DNA of 64,000 nucleotides, taken from NCBI GenBank assembly GCA_963796275.1, contig CAWCKY010000001.1, forward strand, positions 160,001 through 224,000, given 5' to 3'. Under the pieces are notes generated by a model, which searched no databases, had not been told where the DNA came from, and saw nothing but the letters and a program-made list of their open reading frames with translations. Source of the stretch: an uncultured Acidobacteriota bacterium (GTDB lineage Bacteria > Acidobacteriota > Blastocatellia > RBC074). A program made the translations under genes and the position numbers. Shown in pieces: positions 19,506 to 30,089 of the stretch (positions within the stretch are counted from its first letter, which is position 1; each line of letters opens with the position of its first letter).

Positions 19506-20124
19506 ACGCCTCCTGATTACGGTTAATGAGCTTGTTGTGCGGAATGCGCCGCAACTGCTAAAGCAAAGCTGGTTGAAATCAAGATGAAATCAACTGGCCC
19601 GTTTAGCATATCAGCTTTGCTGCACCGCGAGCTAATAATCCTCTTGCCGAATAGAGTCCAGGATAATCACATTTAGTGACTATCCTGGACCTTGTAACAT
19701 ACTATTGGCCGAGAACCCTCAGCGCTGAGTGATGCCGTATCTCAACAACGTGAGTAGACTCGCTAGTCTCAACGATAAGCAACGTGGGATACCGTTTGAC
19801 GCTCCATCGCGCTTTTAGACAGGTTACTCCTTGCGCGAATAAGCCCCGTTTCAGCGCGGGACTTGAATGTCTCGCGCCCGGTACTGTTTCCAGTCGTCCA
19901 TATTTTAGATAGGAAATATTCGTCCCCATACCGGTGAAAGACTAGCGATGATTCATCTGGTGTCTTGCCGACTCTAGCGCCGAACAGCGGTTATTTCTAG
20001 ACCACCCTTGACAGTATGACCGCGGCTGCATATTTTCGGTGCGAGTGAAATCTTTACAATCCCGGTCTGAGCTTGCTTTGCAGACTTTCTCGATCCACTG
20101 AAACAGTTGGAACAAAGGAAGACT

Positions 20125-22128
20125 ATGCCATTTACCCGTAGGAAGTTTCTCGCCCTGAGCGGGGCAAGTGCCGGCCTGAGCCTTTTGCCCTTTCCCGCAA
20201 TTTCTCAATCGTTGGACGATCTTCGACATGGCGCGCTCGTCTGGCCTCTTCACCAGGCGCTGCCGACATTTCCGCGGCCGTATGATCTGGAGGCGGCGGA
20301 TCTGTCCGCGCTTTCAGGCGATCAGCAGAGTCTGCTCGTCACGATGCAGGGTATTGTGAACCGCCGGCGTCCGAGGCTCTATTTTTATGGGGGAGCGGAT
20401 ACTACGAACCAGGGCTGGTTGCCGAACCTGCACGTTCCATACCGAAATAATTCTGATCCGTGGTCCTTGATCGAACGATATCGCCCGGAGATCAGGGGAG
20501 CGGTCGTTTACGATCCCAATCTGCCGGATACCGTGAATCTGGCTACGAATCTCGCTGGCCTGAAGGACGGCGTGATTGCGACGGCGGAGTTGGCGAGTAG
20601 TCTGAACCTGCGCGTGCTGGAGGATTTGCGCGGGCGCTTCAGCAATAAGCTCGATGCATACAACTGGGCGCTGGGCAACCTGTGGCCGAAGATGACGAAC
20701 CGGATGCTGACGGCGATCAGTCCGACAAACAGAGTTTCTCTGCCGAATGTGCAGTGGACGACATTGCTGAGAGCGGCGAGCCGGGTGAGAGATGCTTCAA
20801 ACAGGGCTGTTTACACGGCTGATCTATCCGCGTTTCTCGGCGGCGATGCCGTCTATGTAAGGTATCAGGATGCGTTTACGAATGATGGATGGGGGCCGTC
20901 GGTCTCGCAGGTTACGGTGATAGCAGACGGCAATGTGATTGCGTCATTTCAGCCGGCGAGCGCCGGAGAGAGTCCATATCTCTTCGACGCGGACAGCTCG
21001 CAGACCACATCGGGCTGGCGGTTCGCTGACGGGAATAACTATTTCATCTACAAGTTTGTGCCTCCGGCGGGGACGAATCAACTGTTGCTGCAGACAGAGA
21101 TGTGGAACGAGTTTTTTTTGACTGCGACGAATACGGCTCCCAGCGTGCAGGAGGCAAACCCGCTCTTCCGCGATTATATCGTCGCGGTGAATGCGCCGGT
21201 TTTCTGGCTGGACCCCGAGAATGCCGATGAGGCTGCGCTGTTCGCAGAGATTCTGAAGACAGTGCAACCGGATTCGCCTTATCTCGGTTGGTTTCCGCAA
21301 GGGCATGAGATGACGGGCGTGACCCTCTGCGCGGAGAATAGTGCGCCGGTGGTGGCGGCGGATTTTTTCTATAACGGGAGTGTCTTCAGTGGGGCGAGAG
21401 GCAGGGTGAAGGCGAGCCAGCCGCGTGTGCGCGCGCCGAAGCTGGAGAACAAGATTTACCTGACGATGACGATGGTGGAGGGTGACAATATCCAGTACAA
21501 CCAGCATCGCATGCGGTCGATATGGGATGATGCTGAACGAGGGCAGGTTCCCATAAACTGGAGCATCAGTGTGCTGCTCCTCGATATTGCGCCGACGATG
21601 CTGGAATATTTCCAGCAAACACAGACAGCCAACGACCTGCTGGTTGCCGGCCCTTCGGGCGCAGGTTATACCTATCCGGCAAAATGGCCGCAGGACGATT
21701 TGATAGGATTTATACGGCGCAGCGGGCGATATATGCTGCGGACGGGAATGGATGTGCTCTTTGCCTACAACCGCGATGGAAGCAGCGATCTTCCGCTCAG
21801 CGAGGGCATTGCCGATCTGTATAAACGCCATGTCCACGATCTGCTCGGCATCTTTCTCAACTATCAATCGCAGAGCCAGATTTCGATGATCGATGGGCTG
21901 CCGGTGGCGACGCTGATGGGTGTCAACGACCTGGCGAGCGGACAGAGCCAGCTTGCCAACGTGAGCCAGGAGTGGGATGGCCAGAGCCCGTTGTTTGTGG
22001 CGGCGGGGCTTTTAGCGTGGAATTTAACGCCGGCGGATGCAAATACACTGGCGAACTCGCTGGGCTCGGAGTTCGAGATCGTGCGCGGCGATGTATTCTT
22101 CAAGCTATACCGTGAGTGGGCTGCTTGA
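20125..22128 (+). CDS. Tat-exported GxGYxYP family putative glycoside hydrolase
   Basis: Tat signal FTRRKFLA; TMQGIVNRRRPRLY, KIYLTMTMVEGDNIQY, RGQVPINWSIS and AGPSGAGYTYP (GxGYxYP motif). Confidence 0.88.
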   Translation: MPFTRRKFLALSGASAGLSLLPFPAISQSLDDLRHGALVWPLHQALPTFPRPYDLEAADLSALSGDQQSLLVTMQGIVNRRRPRLYFYGGADTTNQGWLPNLHVPYRNNSDPWSLIERYRPEIRGAVVYDPNLPDTVNLATNLAGLKDGVIATAELASSLNLRVLEDLRGRFSNKLDAYNWALGNLWPKMTNRMLTAISPTNRVSLPNVQWTTLLRAASRVRDASNRAVYTADLSAFLGGDAVYVRYQDAFTNDGWGPSVSQVTVIADGNVIASFQPASAGESPYLFDADSSQTTSGWRFADGNNYFIYKFVPPAGTNQLLLQTEMWNEFFLTATNTAPSVQEANPLFRDYIVAVNAPVFWLDPENADEAALFAEILKTVQPDSPYLGWFPQGHEMTGVTLCAENSAPVVAADFFYNGSVFSGARGRVKASQPRVRAPKLENKIYLTMTMVEGDNIQYNQHRMRSIWDDAERGQVPINWSISVLLLDIAPTMLEYFQQTQTANDLLVAGPSGAGYTYPAKWPQDDLIGFIRRSGRYMLRTGMDVLFAYNRDGSSDLPLSEGIADLYKRHVHDLLGIFLNYQSQSQISMIDGLPVATLMGVNDLASGQSQLANVSQEWDGQSPLFVAAGLLAWNLTPADANTLANSLGSEFEIVRGDVFFKLYREWAA

Positions 22129-22377
22129 ATTCCCGAGTTTTGGCCTTGTAAAACCGCTGACAAGCAGTACAATTTCGAGCGATTCAGAACCGACAAAGAG
22201 TTTCCCGATGAGAATATTAGCCAGAGTGCTGTCCAGGTTGCAGCATAGCGCCGAACTCTGGCGTTGAGTCGTGAATTCCAGGCAACCCCGACTCGCCATC
22301 GAGATGCGCGCGCATGGTTTCTAAACGGCAGGTACGTTGCAAGCTATCTACCTCTCTGACAATTTGGAGGCAATCGC

Positions 22378-23760
22378 ATGAAAACTTTCCCCACGATCAT
22401 GATTTCCCTTCTTCTTTTGGCAGCGAGTGCCATTGCTGCTAGGTACGAGAGCCCGATTGCAGATTCAACAGCAGTTGAGAGAACACAAGAACCTGGCAGC
22501 TACGGTGTTGGTCTTCAATTATCACAAACAAGTAAAACCACTACGTGGAGGTACACGATTACCAGAGCCACCAAGAATACGAAGGACCTCGGCCATTTTA
22601 TCGTTAATTTCGGTAATTGCGGGGATCAGAGTCCCACCATAACTAACATTGTATCCGCCACCGTCAATGGGGTTGAATGGTTAGGTAGAATCGCGTCTTC
22701 TGAAGGTAACACGGGTTGCGATGTCGGCTCTGGGAATTTCGTGAAATTCGATAACCTTCCCGCCGCTGATACCTATGTAATCGAGTTCACCCTGGATGAC
22801 ATTTTTCCTCAAGTTGAGACGATAGGCTGGCTAAAAAGCGGAAGATCTTGCTTTAGAAAAGCACTCCCGGGCCCCGGGTGCAAAGGCTATACGCGTACTT
22901 CAGCCATGGAAGCGGATGTATCACTGGTGGGCAAACTTCACAGCGATATCAACACCTATATGAGAAGCTTCGGCTTCGATTACACAGAGCATCCTAATTG
23001 CAATGGAGGTTTCGGGGGCGATATAGATGGTGTCCACGGCGCTGTTGATTTTGATTCCTTTATCAATAGATATGTTTTTCGTTTTGACATCCACATCGAT
23101 CCGGTAATAGACGGAGACCGTTGCAGCTCCGGCACCGTAGACCGCCAGCGCAATGAGATGAAATCGAGAACCGACAATTCAACGTGGGCTAAAGTCCAGG
23201 GAAATTGGGATGAATGGCAGATCTTAGAATGGAAATTCAAATTGCCGAAAGGTTTTCAACCCACGTCCAACTTTTGTCATATTCATCAGATAAAAGCTCA
23301 GGACGGCCCAAATAACGGCGCTCCGGTGATAACGATTACTCCACGAGCGAATAGCTCTGGATCGAACAAGAGAATTCAGATTATCCATTCGATCGATGGA
23401 GCGGATACAGGTAAAGGAACGATCGTGGACAATATCCCATTGTCTGATTTTGAGGACGAATGGGTGCAGGTTCGTGAGGAAGTCCATTATACGCATGATG
23501 GTTTTTACTCGGCCAAAGTCACTCGCATCCGTGATGGAAAAGTCCTGATAGATTTTAAAGACGAGCACATTGATATGTGGCCCAGCGGGAGCTCATATCT
23601 ACGAAGCAAATTCGGTATATACCGCAGTCTTTCTGGTGGAAGGCTAAATCAGGATCCAGTTGGTCAGAATCCGTTGTTAAAAAACGAATCACTCTGGATA
23701 ACGGATTTCAGAGTATTTGAGAAGAATTCAAATCCGAATCCAGGTCTGCCGCACGACTGA
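22378..23760 (+). CDS. Secreted polysaccharide lyase-like protein (jelly-roll, heparin lyase I / PL7-like) with an extra N-terminal domain
   Basis: Signal peptide; DRQRNEMKS, WKFKLPKGFQP, FCHIHQIKA and LRSKFGIYRS match R-x-E / H-Q-I-K / K-x-G-x-Y lyase motifs. Confidence 0.72.
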   Translation: MKTFPTIMISLLLLAASAIAARYESPIADSTAVERTQEPGSYGVGLQLSQTSKTTTWRYTITRATKNTKDLGHFIVNFGNCGDQSPTITNIVSATVNGVEWLGRIASSEGNTGCDVGSGNFVKFDNLPAADTYVIEFTLDDIFPQVETIGWLKSGRSCFRKALPGPGCKGYTRTSAMEADVSLVGKLHSDINTYMRSFGFDYTEHPNCNGGFGGDIDGVHGAVDFDSFINRYVFRFDIHIDPVIDGDRCSSGTVDRQRNEMKSRTDNSTWAKVQGNWDEWQILEWKFKLPKGFQPTSNFCHIHQIKAQDGPNNGAPVITITPRANSSGSNKRIQIIHSIDGADTGKGTIVDNIPLSDFEDEWVQVREEVHYTHDGFYSAKVTRIRDGKVLIDFKDEHIDMWPSGSSYLRSKFGIYRSLSGGRLNQDPVGQNPLLKNESLWITDFRVFEKNSNPNPGLPHD

Positions 23761-24048
23761 GAAAATGTCATTTCGTCGGTTTTTAGAAAACCTTGTCATC
23801 CGTTGAGGCAATTTCTTGAACGACAACGAGCAGTAACCCATCATCGTTTTTCTCGACGGCTATCGATATCTAAGTTTAATTGAGAAGCGCCGATTTCTGA
23901 GGCTTCTCCCGGCCAGCATGGTACAATCCCTGCCCGCCACATCCTTTTGCTTCAAGTTGTATGCATCTGCGTATGAGAGAGCCTGAGTGAACAGATGTAC
24001 CGTTTAACTCGTCCTAAACCGGGTAGTCATTTTATCTTCAAGATAAAT

Positions 24049-24298
24049 GAAGACTATGCAAATAAAAGTTAATTGGAATCAGCATTTTCGGACCTGAGCG
24101 CCAGAGGCGCGGAATGTTTATAGTATTCGATCACCAAAGTTCTCACGAGCTCCGGAGGAGAGACAGGTAGGCATTCATATGTCGCTCCTCCGGAGCTCAG
24201 GTTATGTTTAGGATCGTGAGCTGTAGACATTACGCGCCTCCGGCGCTGAGATGCGAGACTACTATTGATTCTGTTGGATTTTAATTTGCACACGCTTC
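24049..24298. mobile_element. MITE/REPIN-like non-autonomous element, copy A
   Basis: Imperfect terminal inverted repeats (GAAGACTATGCAAAATAAAA / TTTTAATTTGCACACGCTTC), nested internal inverted repeats (GAGCTCCGGAGGAG / CTCCTCCGGAGCTC), AGATAAAT on both flanks; homologous to 62076..62318. Confidence 0.7.
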
Positions 24299-24370
24299 AG
24301 ATAAATCGTTCAAGACATTGAAGCCAGCCTGATATTCCGGCTTCATCCAACCGCCAGTCGGAGAAAACAT

Positions 24371-26224
24371 ATGAAGACCAGAAAATCTTTTGAGATTGTC
24401 ATTATCCCGATTCTATTAGCATCTATTGCCAGCCCCTTTTGGCAATTCCATAAGAAGGTAGATGTTAAGGTTTGGGTAACAACTGACAATCAAGACCGGA
24501 AGCTTGAACCGCAGCCAGATCTTTATTTTTCAGAAGGCCATCGTACTAATGCCAACACAATCTTGGTAGACGAATCTCAACGATATCAACTGATTGAGGG
24601 GTTTGGCGCATCTATCACGGATTCCGCCGCTTATCTCTTAAATCAAAAAGTCCCGAGCTCCCAATTAATTTCCGTAATGACCAGCTTATTCGATCGCACT
24701 AATGGGATCGGGATCAGCTTCGTCCGCAATCCGATGGGGGCTTCAGATCTGGCGCGATTCATTTATTCCTATCATGACTCGAATCCCGGCCAGCCAGACT
24801 CTCCGGTACTGACCGACTTTTCGATTACACATGATCTGGTCGATATTGTCCCGCTGGTTAGATTGGCTAAACAGATAAATCCACAGCTCAAAATCATGGC
24901 AAGTCCCTGGAGTCCGCCGGGTTGGATGAAGACATCCGGTTCGATGATTGGCGGATCGTTGCGACCGCCAGCTTACAGCGCGTTCGCCGATTACTTCGTG
25001 CAATTCATAAAAGCTTACGCTGCTGAAGGAATACCTATCGACTATATCTCATTGCAGAACGAGCCACTATTCGTTCCGGGTGATTATCCCGGGATGTCCA
25101 TGGACCCGGGGACCCAGATTATTGTGCTGAGAGATTATGTGTTGCCTGCGTTATCGGCGAACAATCTCGATACCAAGGTTCTGGTATATGATCATAACTG
25201 GGATCGGTCGGATTATCCTGACGCCGTTCTCTCCGATCCAATTCTAAAAAACACTGCTCAAATTGCCGGTATCGCCTGGCACGGTTATGGTGGTACGCCA
25301 GGAGTAATGACTACATTGCGCAATAAGTACCCTGACAAAGGGAACTATCAGACCGAGCATTCAGGCGGAACCTGGATTTCCAATCAGACAAATGCGGATT
25401 TTGAAGAGATAACTCAAGTCATGCGCAATTGGGGAAAGGCATACGTAAAGTGGGGCCTGGCCCTGGATGAAAACCGCGGCCCTCACAGCGGAGGTTGCGG
25501 AATCTGTAGCCCCTTAGTGACGGTGAACTCATCCACGGGTGCAGTTCGGTACGAAATTGACTACTATACTCTTGGCCACTTCAGCAAATTCATTTTACCC
25601 GGGGCCCACCGAATATATTCGAGCAATGCCGAAGGTTTTGTAAGCGCAGCTTTTAAGAATCCTGATGGCACTAACGTACTCGTCGTCTATAACGATTCCA
25701 CAAGCTCAAGGGCTATTCAGGTAGCCTGGGGCAGCCGGTTCTTTACTTACTATTTCCAGGGCCTATCAGGCGCAACTTTCACCTGGGATGGCATTCAAGA
25801 CCGTGGGTATTCAGTAGAAGCCACATCTCGACCGATCCAGGCGTCCAACTTTAGCGATACATCTGGTTTGCAGACTGAAGTTACCGCAGATCTGAATGGC
25901 GGGTATAACTTGGGGTATATAGATGATGGCGACTGGGCTATGTACAGAAATATTGATTTCGGCTCCGGCGTCAGATATGTACAAGTTCGAGTGGCCAGTG
26001 CCGGGAACGGTGGCACATTGGAGTTTCATTTAAACGGACCAGATGGGCCGCTAATCGGCTCAGTGACTATCCCAGTTACCGGTGGATGGCAGAACTGGAC
26101 CACTCTCTCGACCACCATTTCGAAGGCGCAGGGAATAAACGACCTTTACCTTGTCTTTAAGGGGTCGAGTGACATCGGAAATATCAACTGGTTTCATTTT
26201 ACGAACGGCGGGCGACTTCCGTGA
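24371..26224 (+). CDS. GH30 glycoside hydrolase (glucosylceramidase / beta-1,6-glucanase-like) with C-terminal CBM6
   Basis: GFGASITDS, MASPWSPPGWMKT, SLQNEP (acid/base), YDHNWD, AWHGY, YQTE (nucleophile) and LGHFSKF; CBM6 GYIDDGDW...TGGWQNW...HDLYLVF-like. Confidence 0.9.
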   Translation: MKTRKSFEIVIIPILLASIASPFWQFHKKVDVKVWVTTDNQDRKLEPQPDLYFSEGHRTNANTILVDESQRYQLIEGFGASITDSAAYLLNQKVPSSQLISVMTSLFDRTNGIGISFVRNPMGASDLARFIYSYHDSNPGQPDSPVLTDFSITHDLVDIVPLVRLAKQINPQLKIMASPWSPPGWMKTSGSMIGGSLRPPAYSAFADYFVQFIKAYAAEGIPIDYISLQNEPLFVPGDYPGMSMDPGTQIIVLRDYVLPALSANNLDTKVLVYDHNWDRSDYPDAVLSDPILKNTAQIAGIAWHGYGGTPGVMTTLRNKYPDKGNYQTEHSGGTWISNQTNADFEEITQVMRNWGKAYVKWGLALDENRGPHSGGCGICSPLVTVNSSTGAVRYEIDYYTLGHFSKFILPGAHRIYSSNAEGFVSAAFKNPDGTNVLVVYNDSTSSRAIQVAWGSRFFTYYFQGLSGATFTWDGIQDRGYSVEATSRPIQASNFSDTSGLQTEVTADLNGGYNLGYIDDGDWAMYRNIDFGSGVRYVQVRVASAGNGGTLEFHLNGPDGPLIGSVTIPVTGGWQNWTTLSTTISKAQGINDLYLVFKGSSDIGNINWFHFTNGGRLP

Positions 26225-26379
26225 ACGAGTTATTAAACGGCGCATCATAGTGGAAGTTGTGAATGTCAGAGTATCGTAGCACAGCTCTTTTCGATTGGAT
26301 CAACAAGTTGCCTGTTGGCGGTGCCCCTCTAGAGCAAGTTTCACATGAATCAGCATATGCTGGGATTGCGAAACCTCTC

Positions 26380-26410
26380 AAAAAAATTGGGCGAGCGCCG
26401 CCGCTCGCCC
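26380..26410 (-). terminator. Rho-independent terminator of the chitinase gene
   Basis: 9-bp GC stem GGGCGAGCG/CGCTCGCCC (26389..26410) followed on the minus strand by AATTTTTTT. Confidence 0.7.
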
Positions 26411-26441
26411 GAGGAGGATTTAAACTGCCGATAAATCCACC

Positions 26442-27611
26442 TCAGCAGCCGTCTGGGCCCACTGAAGTGGCGCCAATGAACGCTTTGAAGAGATTGTAGA
26501 TGCTGATGCGGCTCTGTACTTGTGCGGGATTGCCGCCGTTGCATTCCAACGCACCGTTGATAGAGCGGATCGTGCACCCGAAGCCGTTATTGCCGATAAT
26601 GCAATTATGCGCGGACACAGTTCCCGGACCGCTCTGTGTCATCCAGTACCACAAGGCCGTTCTCCAGGCGATTGTCGGATTCTGCTCCACCTGGTTCGGG
26701 TTCGCCCACAGGTCAAGCCCGAGCGCTTGGCCTGCACTGCAGTAGTTGAAGTTCCAGCTCAACTGGATTGGGCCGCGGCCATAATAACTCTGACCCGGGG
26801 CACAAACGCCGCACGGCGTTGCGCTGTTGGAACAATAAGGGCCGCGCGCGATTTCTGTGATGTGAACCAGGCCTCCCGTTTCGTGCGCGAAGTTAGCAAG
26901 CGCCGCGGCGGCTTCGCGCCTCCGCATAGCCAGATCTCCCGTTCCCGAAAACGCGGGAAAGGTCGCAGCCGCCGACACCAGGCCCTGGTAGGTATAGAAC
27001 GGATTGCGATTTGGGAACATCTGGTTGAACTGCGTCTCACTGACAACTGCTGTGAATCCGTTGCCCGGATTCGGATTGGGCCCCGGCGAATTACACGGAC
27101 CGATCGGCTTCCATGGGCCATCTGCGGGTGAACTGGTCGCCGGATCCACATTCTGATTCCACCACTTGGCTTCGTAAATAACGCCATTACGGCTCGCTTG
27201 CATTCCACCCGTATATATTGAGCCTGGACTCCAAGCCGAGATTCCGCTGCATCCTCCCGGATTCGGGTTGGGTGTAGGTGTGGGGGTGGGGGTGGGATTG
27301 GGGGTTGGTGTTGGCCCGGGTGTGGGCGTGGGCGTTGGCCCTCCAGAACAGGTGCCACCTGGACTCCACAAGCTTGGAGCCGCGACCGGATTCCAGCCGG
27401 CGCCGACATGCGCGGTGTGAGTGACGAGGGCGGTGTAGACATTACCATTATATGTAACGCTTTGCCCCGCATTATATGTATTCCCTTCCGCCCAAGCACC
27501 GCGACATGAGCCCTGGGCTGTGGCGCTATCTATAGCCTGGAATACCAGTACGCCGATGATGAGCAAAGATGCGCAAAGCACTATTAGCCATCTTGCATTT
27601 TGACGCTGCAT
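26442..27611 (-). CDS. Secreted GH19 chitinase with two chitin-binding modules (CBM5/12) and a Pro/Thr linker
   Basis: Signal peptide; AWAEGNTY...PSLW and YEAKWWNQ modules; PTPTPTP linker; GH19 motifs AALANFAHETGGL, YYGRGPIQLSWNFNY, TALWYW and TIRSINGALEC; AGGAGG RBS. Confidence 0.93.
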   Translation of the reverse strand: MQRQNARWLIVLCASLLIIGVLVFQAIDSATAQGSCRGAWAEGNTYNAGQSVTYNGNVYTALVTHTAHVGAGWNPVAAPSLWSPGGTCSGGPTPTPTPGPTPTPNPTPTPTPTPNPNPGGCSGISAWSPGSIYTGGMQASRNGVIYEAKWWNQNVDPATSSPADGPWKPIGPCNSPGPNPNPGNGFTAVVSETQFNQMFPNRNPFYTYQGLVSAAATFPAFSGTGDLAMRRREAAAALANFAHETGGLVHITEIARGPYCSNSATPCGVCAPGQSYYGRGPIQLSWNFNYCSAGQALGLDLWANPNQVEQNPTIAWRTALWYWMTQSGPGTVSAHNCIIGNNGFGCTIRSINGALECNGGNPAQVQSRISIYNLFKAFIGATSVGPDGC

Positions 27612-28154
27612 CTTAGGTCCCTCCTGATAGTTAAACAGAGTTTGCTGTAATACTAAAGAATCAGAATCAGATATCACTAAGCCGGATAACAATTTGAGTA
27701 GTTATTATTAGCATTGCTCGGTTCTAACGCCCCTCGGATCTTGCAGATAGCAGTATTCTCCCCACTTATGACAAAACACCTGCTGACATGTATGCCCAAT
27801 CGAGGAAATGAAGTTCGCGAGGAATACTAATTTTAATTTTTGACAATAAAAAATGTATTAGATCAAAGGTTGGTGAAAAGTATCGAGGGTAATCTGAATT
27901 GTCAACGATATAACGGTTAGTGAGCGGTTAGTTAACTGCATTAACTTTGTTAGTATGATTCGTTAACCGTGCGATCACTAGCAGTTGGTTTATGATAGCT
28001 ATGGGGCAACTGCTGCCGTGGATTGAGGCGAGCGATAAGTTTCTGGCCTATGTCGATCTTGCCGCGGATCGAGACGATGGGGTCAATGTTCGACGAGCAG
28101 CCTTTGGGATTGGGATTCAAGATTGAAGGGGCCGGTGATAGAGGCGTTCATCGC

Positions 28155-30089
28155 TCATATTTGAGGAATTCTTCTACCTTCGACCAGCAATGTCAGAGAG
28201 GACCCCTGCTTACCCGAACGGTAAATCCGCTGAATTGCCTTTTGAAAATCTTCCGGCTTTGCCTTAGGAATATCAATAAACTTCTGCGGGTTGCGATCAA
28301 CCAGCGGGAACCATGAGCTTTGCAGTTGGACCATTACTCTATGTCCCTTCCGAAAGGTGTGATAGACATCGGGCATCTCGTACCCGATCGATGTCGGTTG
28401 GTTCGGGACCATGGGTTCGGGCTGTTCGAAGCTTCTTCGGAACTTGGCCCTGAACGGCTCGCCGCGAACCAGTTGCTGATAGCCACCCATTCTCACGTAA
28501 TTCGATGGCAAGGACTGACCCGCTGCCAGGGTTGGAGTCCGGTCTTCAGGGTAATCGCCCGGATAGACATCAATCAGTTTTACGACAAAGTCTGAATCGG
28601 TTCCACTGGTCGATACATTCAAGCTGACCTTGATAGGGCCGGCAATTGTTAAATCTTCTTCCAGCGGATCGGTTCGATAAACGAGTACGTCGGTGCGCTG
28701 CGATGCAAAGCGCTGGTCTTCAGTCATATAGTCTGAAGTCATCCCGCGGACAATGTAACTCAGGTAAGGGACCGGGCGATTTGGATCGCTGACATATTCA
28801 TCAAATGCATCCCGTCCATTCTGCGGAGACACTTCTGCACCCATCCTTCCATCAGCCTGAAAGTATAATGTCAGAGGCTTCGCATCTTTCGGCGGCCATG
28901 CAGTGTGGGGACGCCATTCATTGATGCCTGTCAGGTACATTGAAGCTTCCGGCAGGTTGGCAGGCTTATCCTTGAGATACTGCATAAAAAATGGAAATTG
29001 TATCTGTTCACGAAAGTGTACGCCGGTCTTGACGCCGAAACCGATGTTGCCCAGCCTATCGCCGTCTCCCCTCGCCCACCCGCCGTGAGCCCAGGGGCCC
29101 ATCACCAGCATATTAGTTATCCCCTGGTTCTCTTTCTCGACTGCGCGGTAAATATGAAACGGTCCCACCGGATCTTCCGCATCGTACCATCCGCCGACAT
29201 TGAGCACCGCGCAGTTTATATTTTTCATGAATTTCCAAAGCGAACGGGCTTTCCAGAAATTGTCATAATTCGGGTGATCGACGATCTCCTGCCAGTACCG
29301 CGCCTCGCCGTTGAACAGTTTTTGATTCACCTCTGCGAGCGGGCCGAGGTTGAGGAAGAATTCATAGCCGTCTGGTGTGCGGGGATCGAAAGGCACGCTG
29401 GGTTGCGGGGGGTGCGGGGCGGCGCCGCGTGGGCGGAATCCGGAGTAGAACCAGAAGTTCGCGGCTAGCATGAACGCGCCGTTATGATAGACGTCATCGC
29501 CCATATAGTAATCGGCCGTCGGAGCTTGAGGCGAGGCGCATTTTAAGGCCGGATGAGAATCAATGATGCTCGCCGCTACGTGAAACCCTGGTTGTGAGAT
29601 GCCGATCATTCCTACGCGGCCGTTATGATTCGGGATGTTCTTGAGCAGCCATTCAACGGTGTCGTATGTGTCGGTGCTCTCATCGATATCCTGTGGACTG
29701 CGTTTTTGCGGCACATAGGGGCGCACCTGCTGAAACCCTCCCTCCGACATATACCTCCCGCGCGCATCTTGATTGACGAAAATGAAACCTTCCTTCTCAA
29801 ACAGGTCGGTAAGCTCTCGACGCTCAGGGTACTGGTCAACGCCATAAGGCCCGACACCGTAGGGCGTACGTCTGAGCAGAAAAGGGAATTTTTGTGACGT
29901 ATCTTTAGGGACGTAAATAATCGTGAACAACCTGACGCCATCGCGCATTGGAATCAGGTATTCATACTTTGTGTAGCGCTCTCTAAAAGGATTAAGGTTT
30001 TGAGACTCTGTTACGGACTGAAACGTCAGTAACGGCGAGATGAATACAAAGAGATAGGTGAACCGTTTTATCCAATTAGCTCTTGTCAC
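28155..30089 (-). CDS. CocE/NonD family hydrolase (alpha-amino acid ester hydrolase / glutaryl-7-ACA acylase-like)
   Basis: IPMRDGVRL, RTPYG, QDARGRYMSEG, DTYDTVEWL, GISQPG nucleophile elbow, GPWAHGGW, SSWFPLVDRNPQ; signal peptide; GTG start with AAGGAGG RBS. Confidence 0.92.
   Translation of the reverse strand: MTRANWIKRFTYLFVFISPLLTFQSVTESQNLNPFRERYTKYEYLIPMRDGVRLFTIIYVPKDTSQKFPFLLRRTPYGVGPYGVDQYPERRELTDLFEKEGFIFVNQDARGRYMSEGGFQQVRPYVPQKRSPQDIDESTDTYDTVEWLLKNIPNHNGRVGMIGISQPGFHVAASIIDSHPALKCASPQAPTADYYMGDDVYHNGAFMLAANFWFYSGFRPRGAAPHPPQPSVPFDPRTPDGYEFFLNLGPLAEVNQKLFNGEARYWQEIVDHPNYDNFWKARSLWKFMKNINCAVLNVGGWYDAEDPVGPFHIYRAVEKENQGITNMLVMGPWAHGGWARGDGDRLGNIGFGVKTGVHFREQIQFPFFMQYLKDKPANLPEASMYLTGINEWRPHTAWPPKDAKPLTLYFQADGRMGAEVSPQNGRDAFDEYVSDPNRPVPYLSYIVRGMTSDYMTEDQRFASQRTDVLVYRTDPLEEDLTIAGPIKVSLNVSTSGTDSDFVVKLIDVYPGDYPEDRTPTLAAGQSLPSNYVRMGGYQQLVRGEPFRAKFRRSFEQPEPMVPNQPTSIGYEMPDVYHTFRKGHRVMVQLQSSWFPLVDRNPQKFIDIPKAKPEDFQKAIQRIYRSGKQGSSLTLLVEGRRIPQI

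Noticed and set aside
19563-19579. Near-identical word gcaa.gctggttgaaat also at ~56869
   Set aside because: Similarity does not extend into the flanks; may be chance.
27262-27340. Tandem DNA repeat (gggtgt/ggggtt)
   Set aside because: It simply encodes the Pro/Thr/Asn linker of the chitinase.
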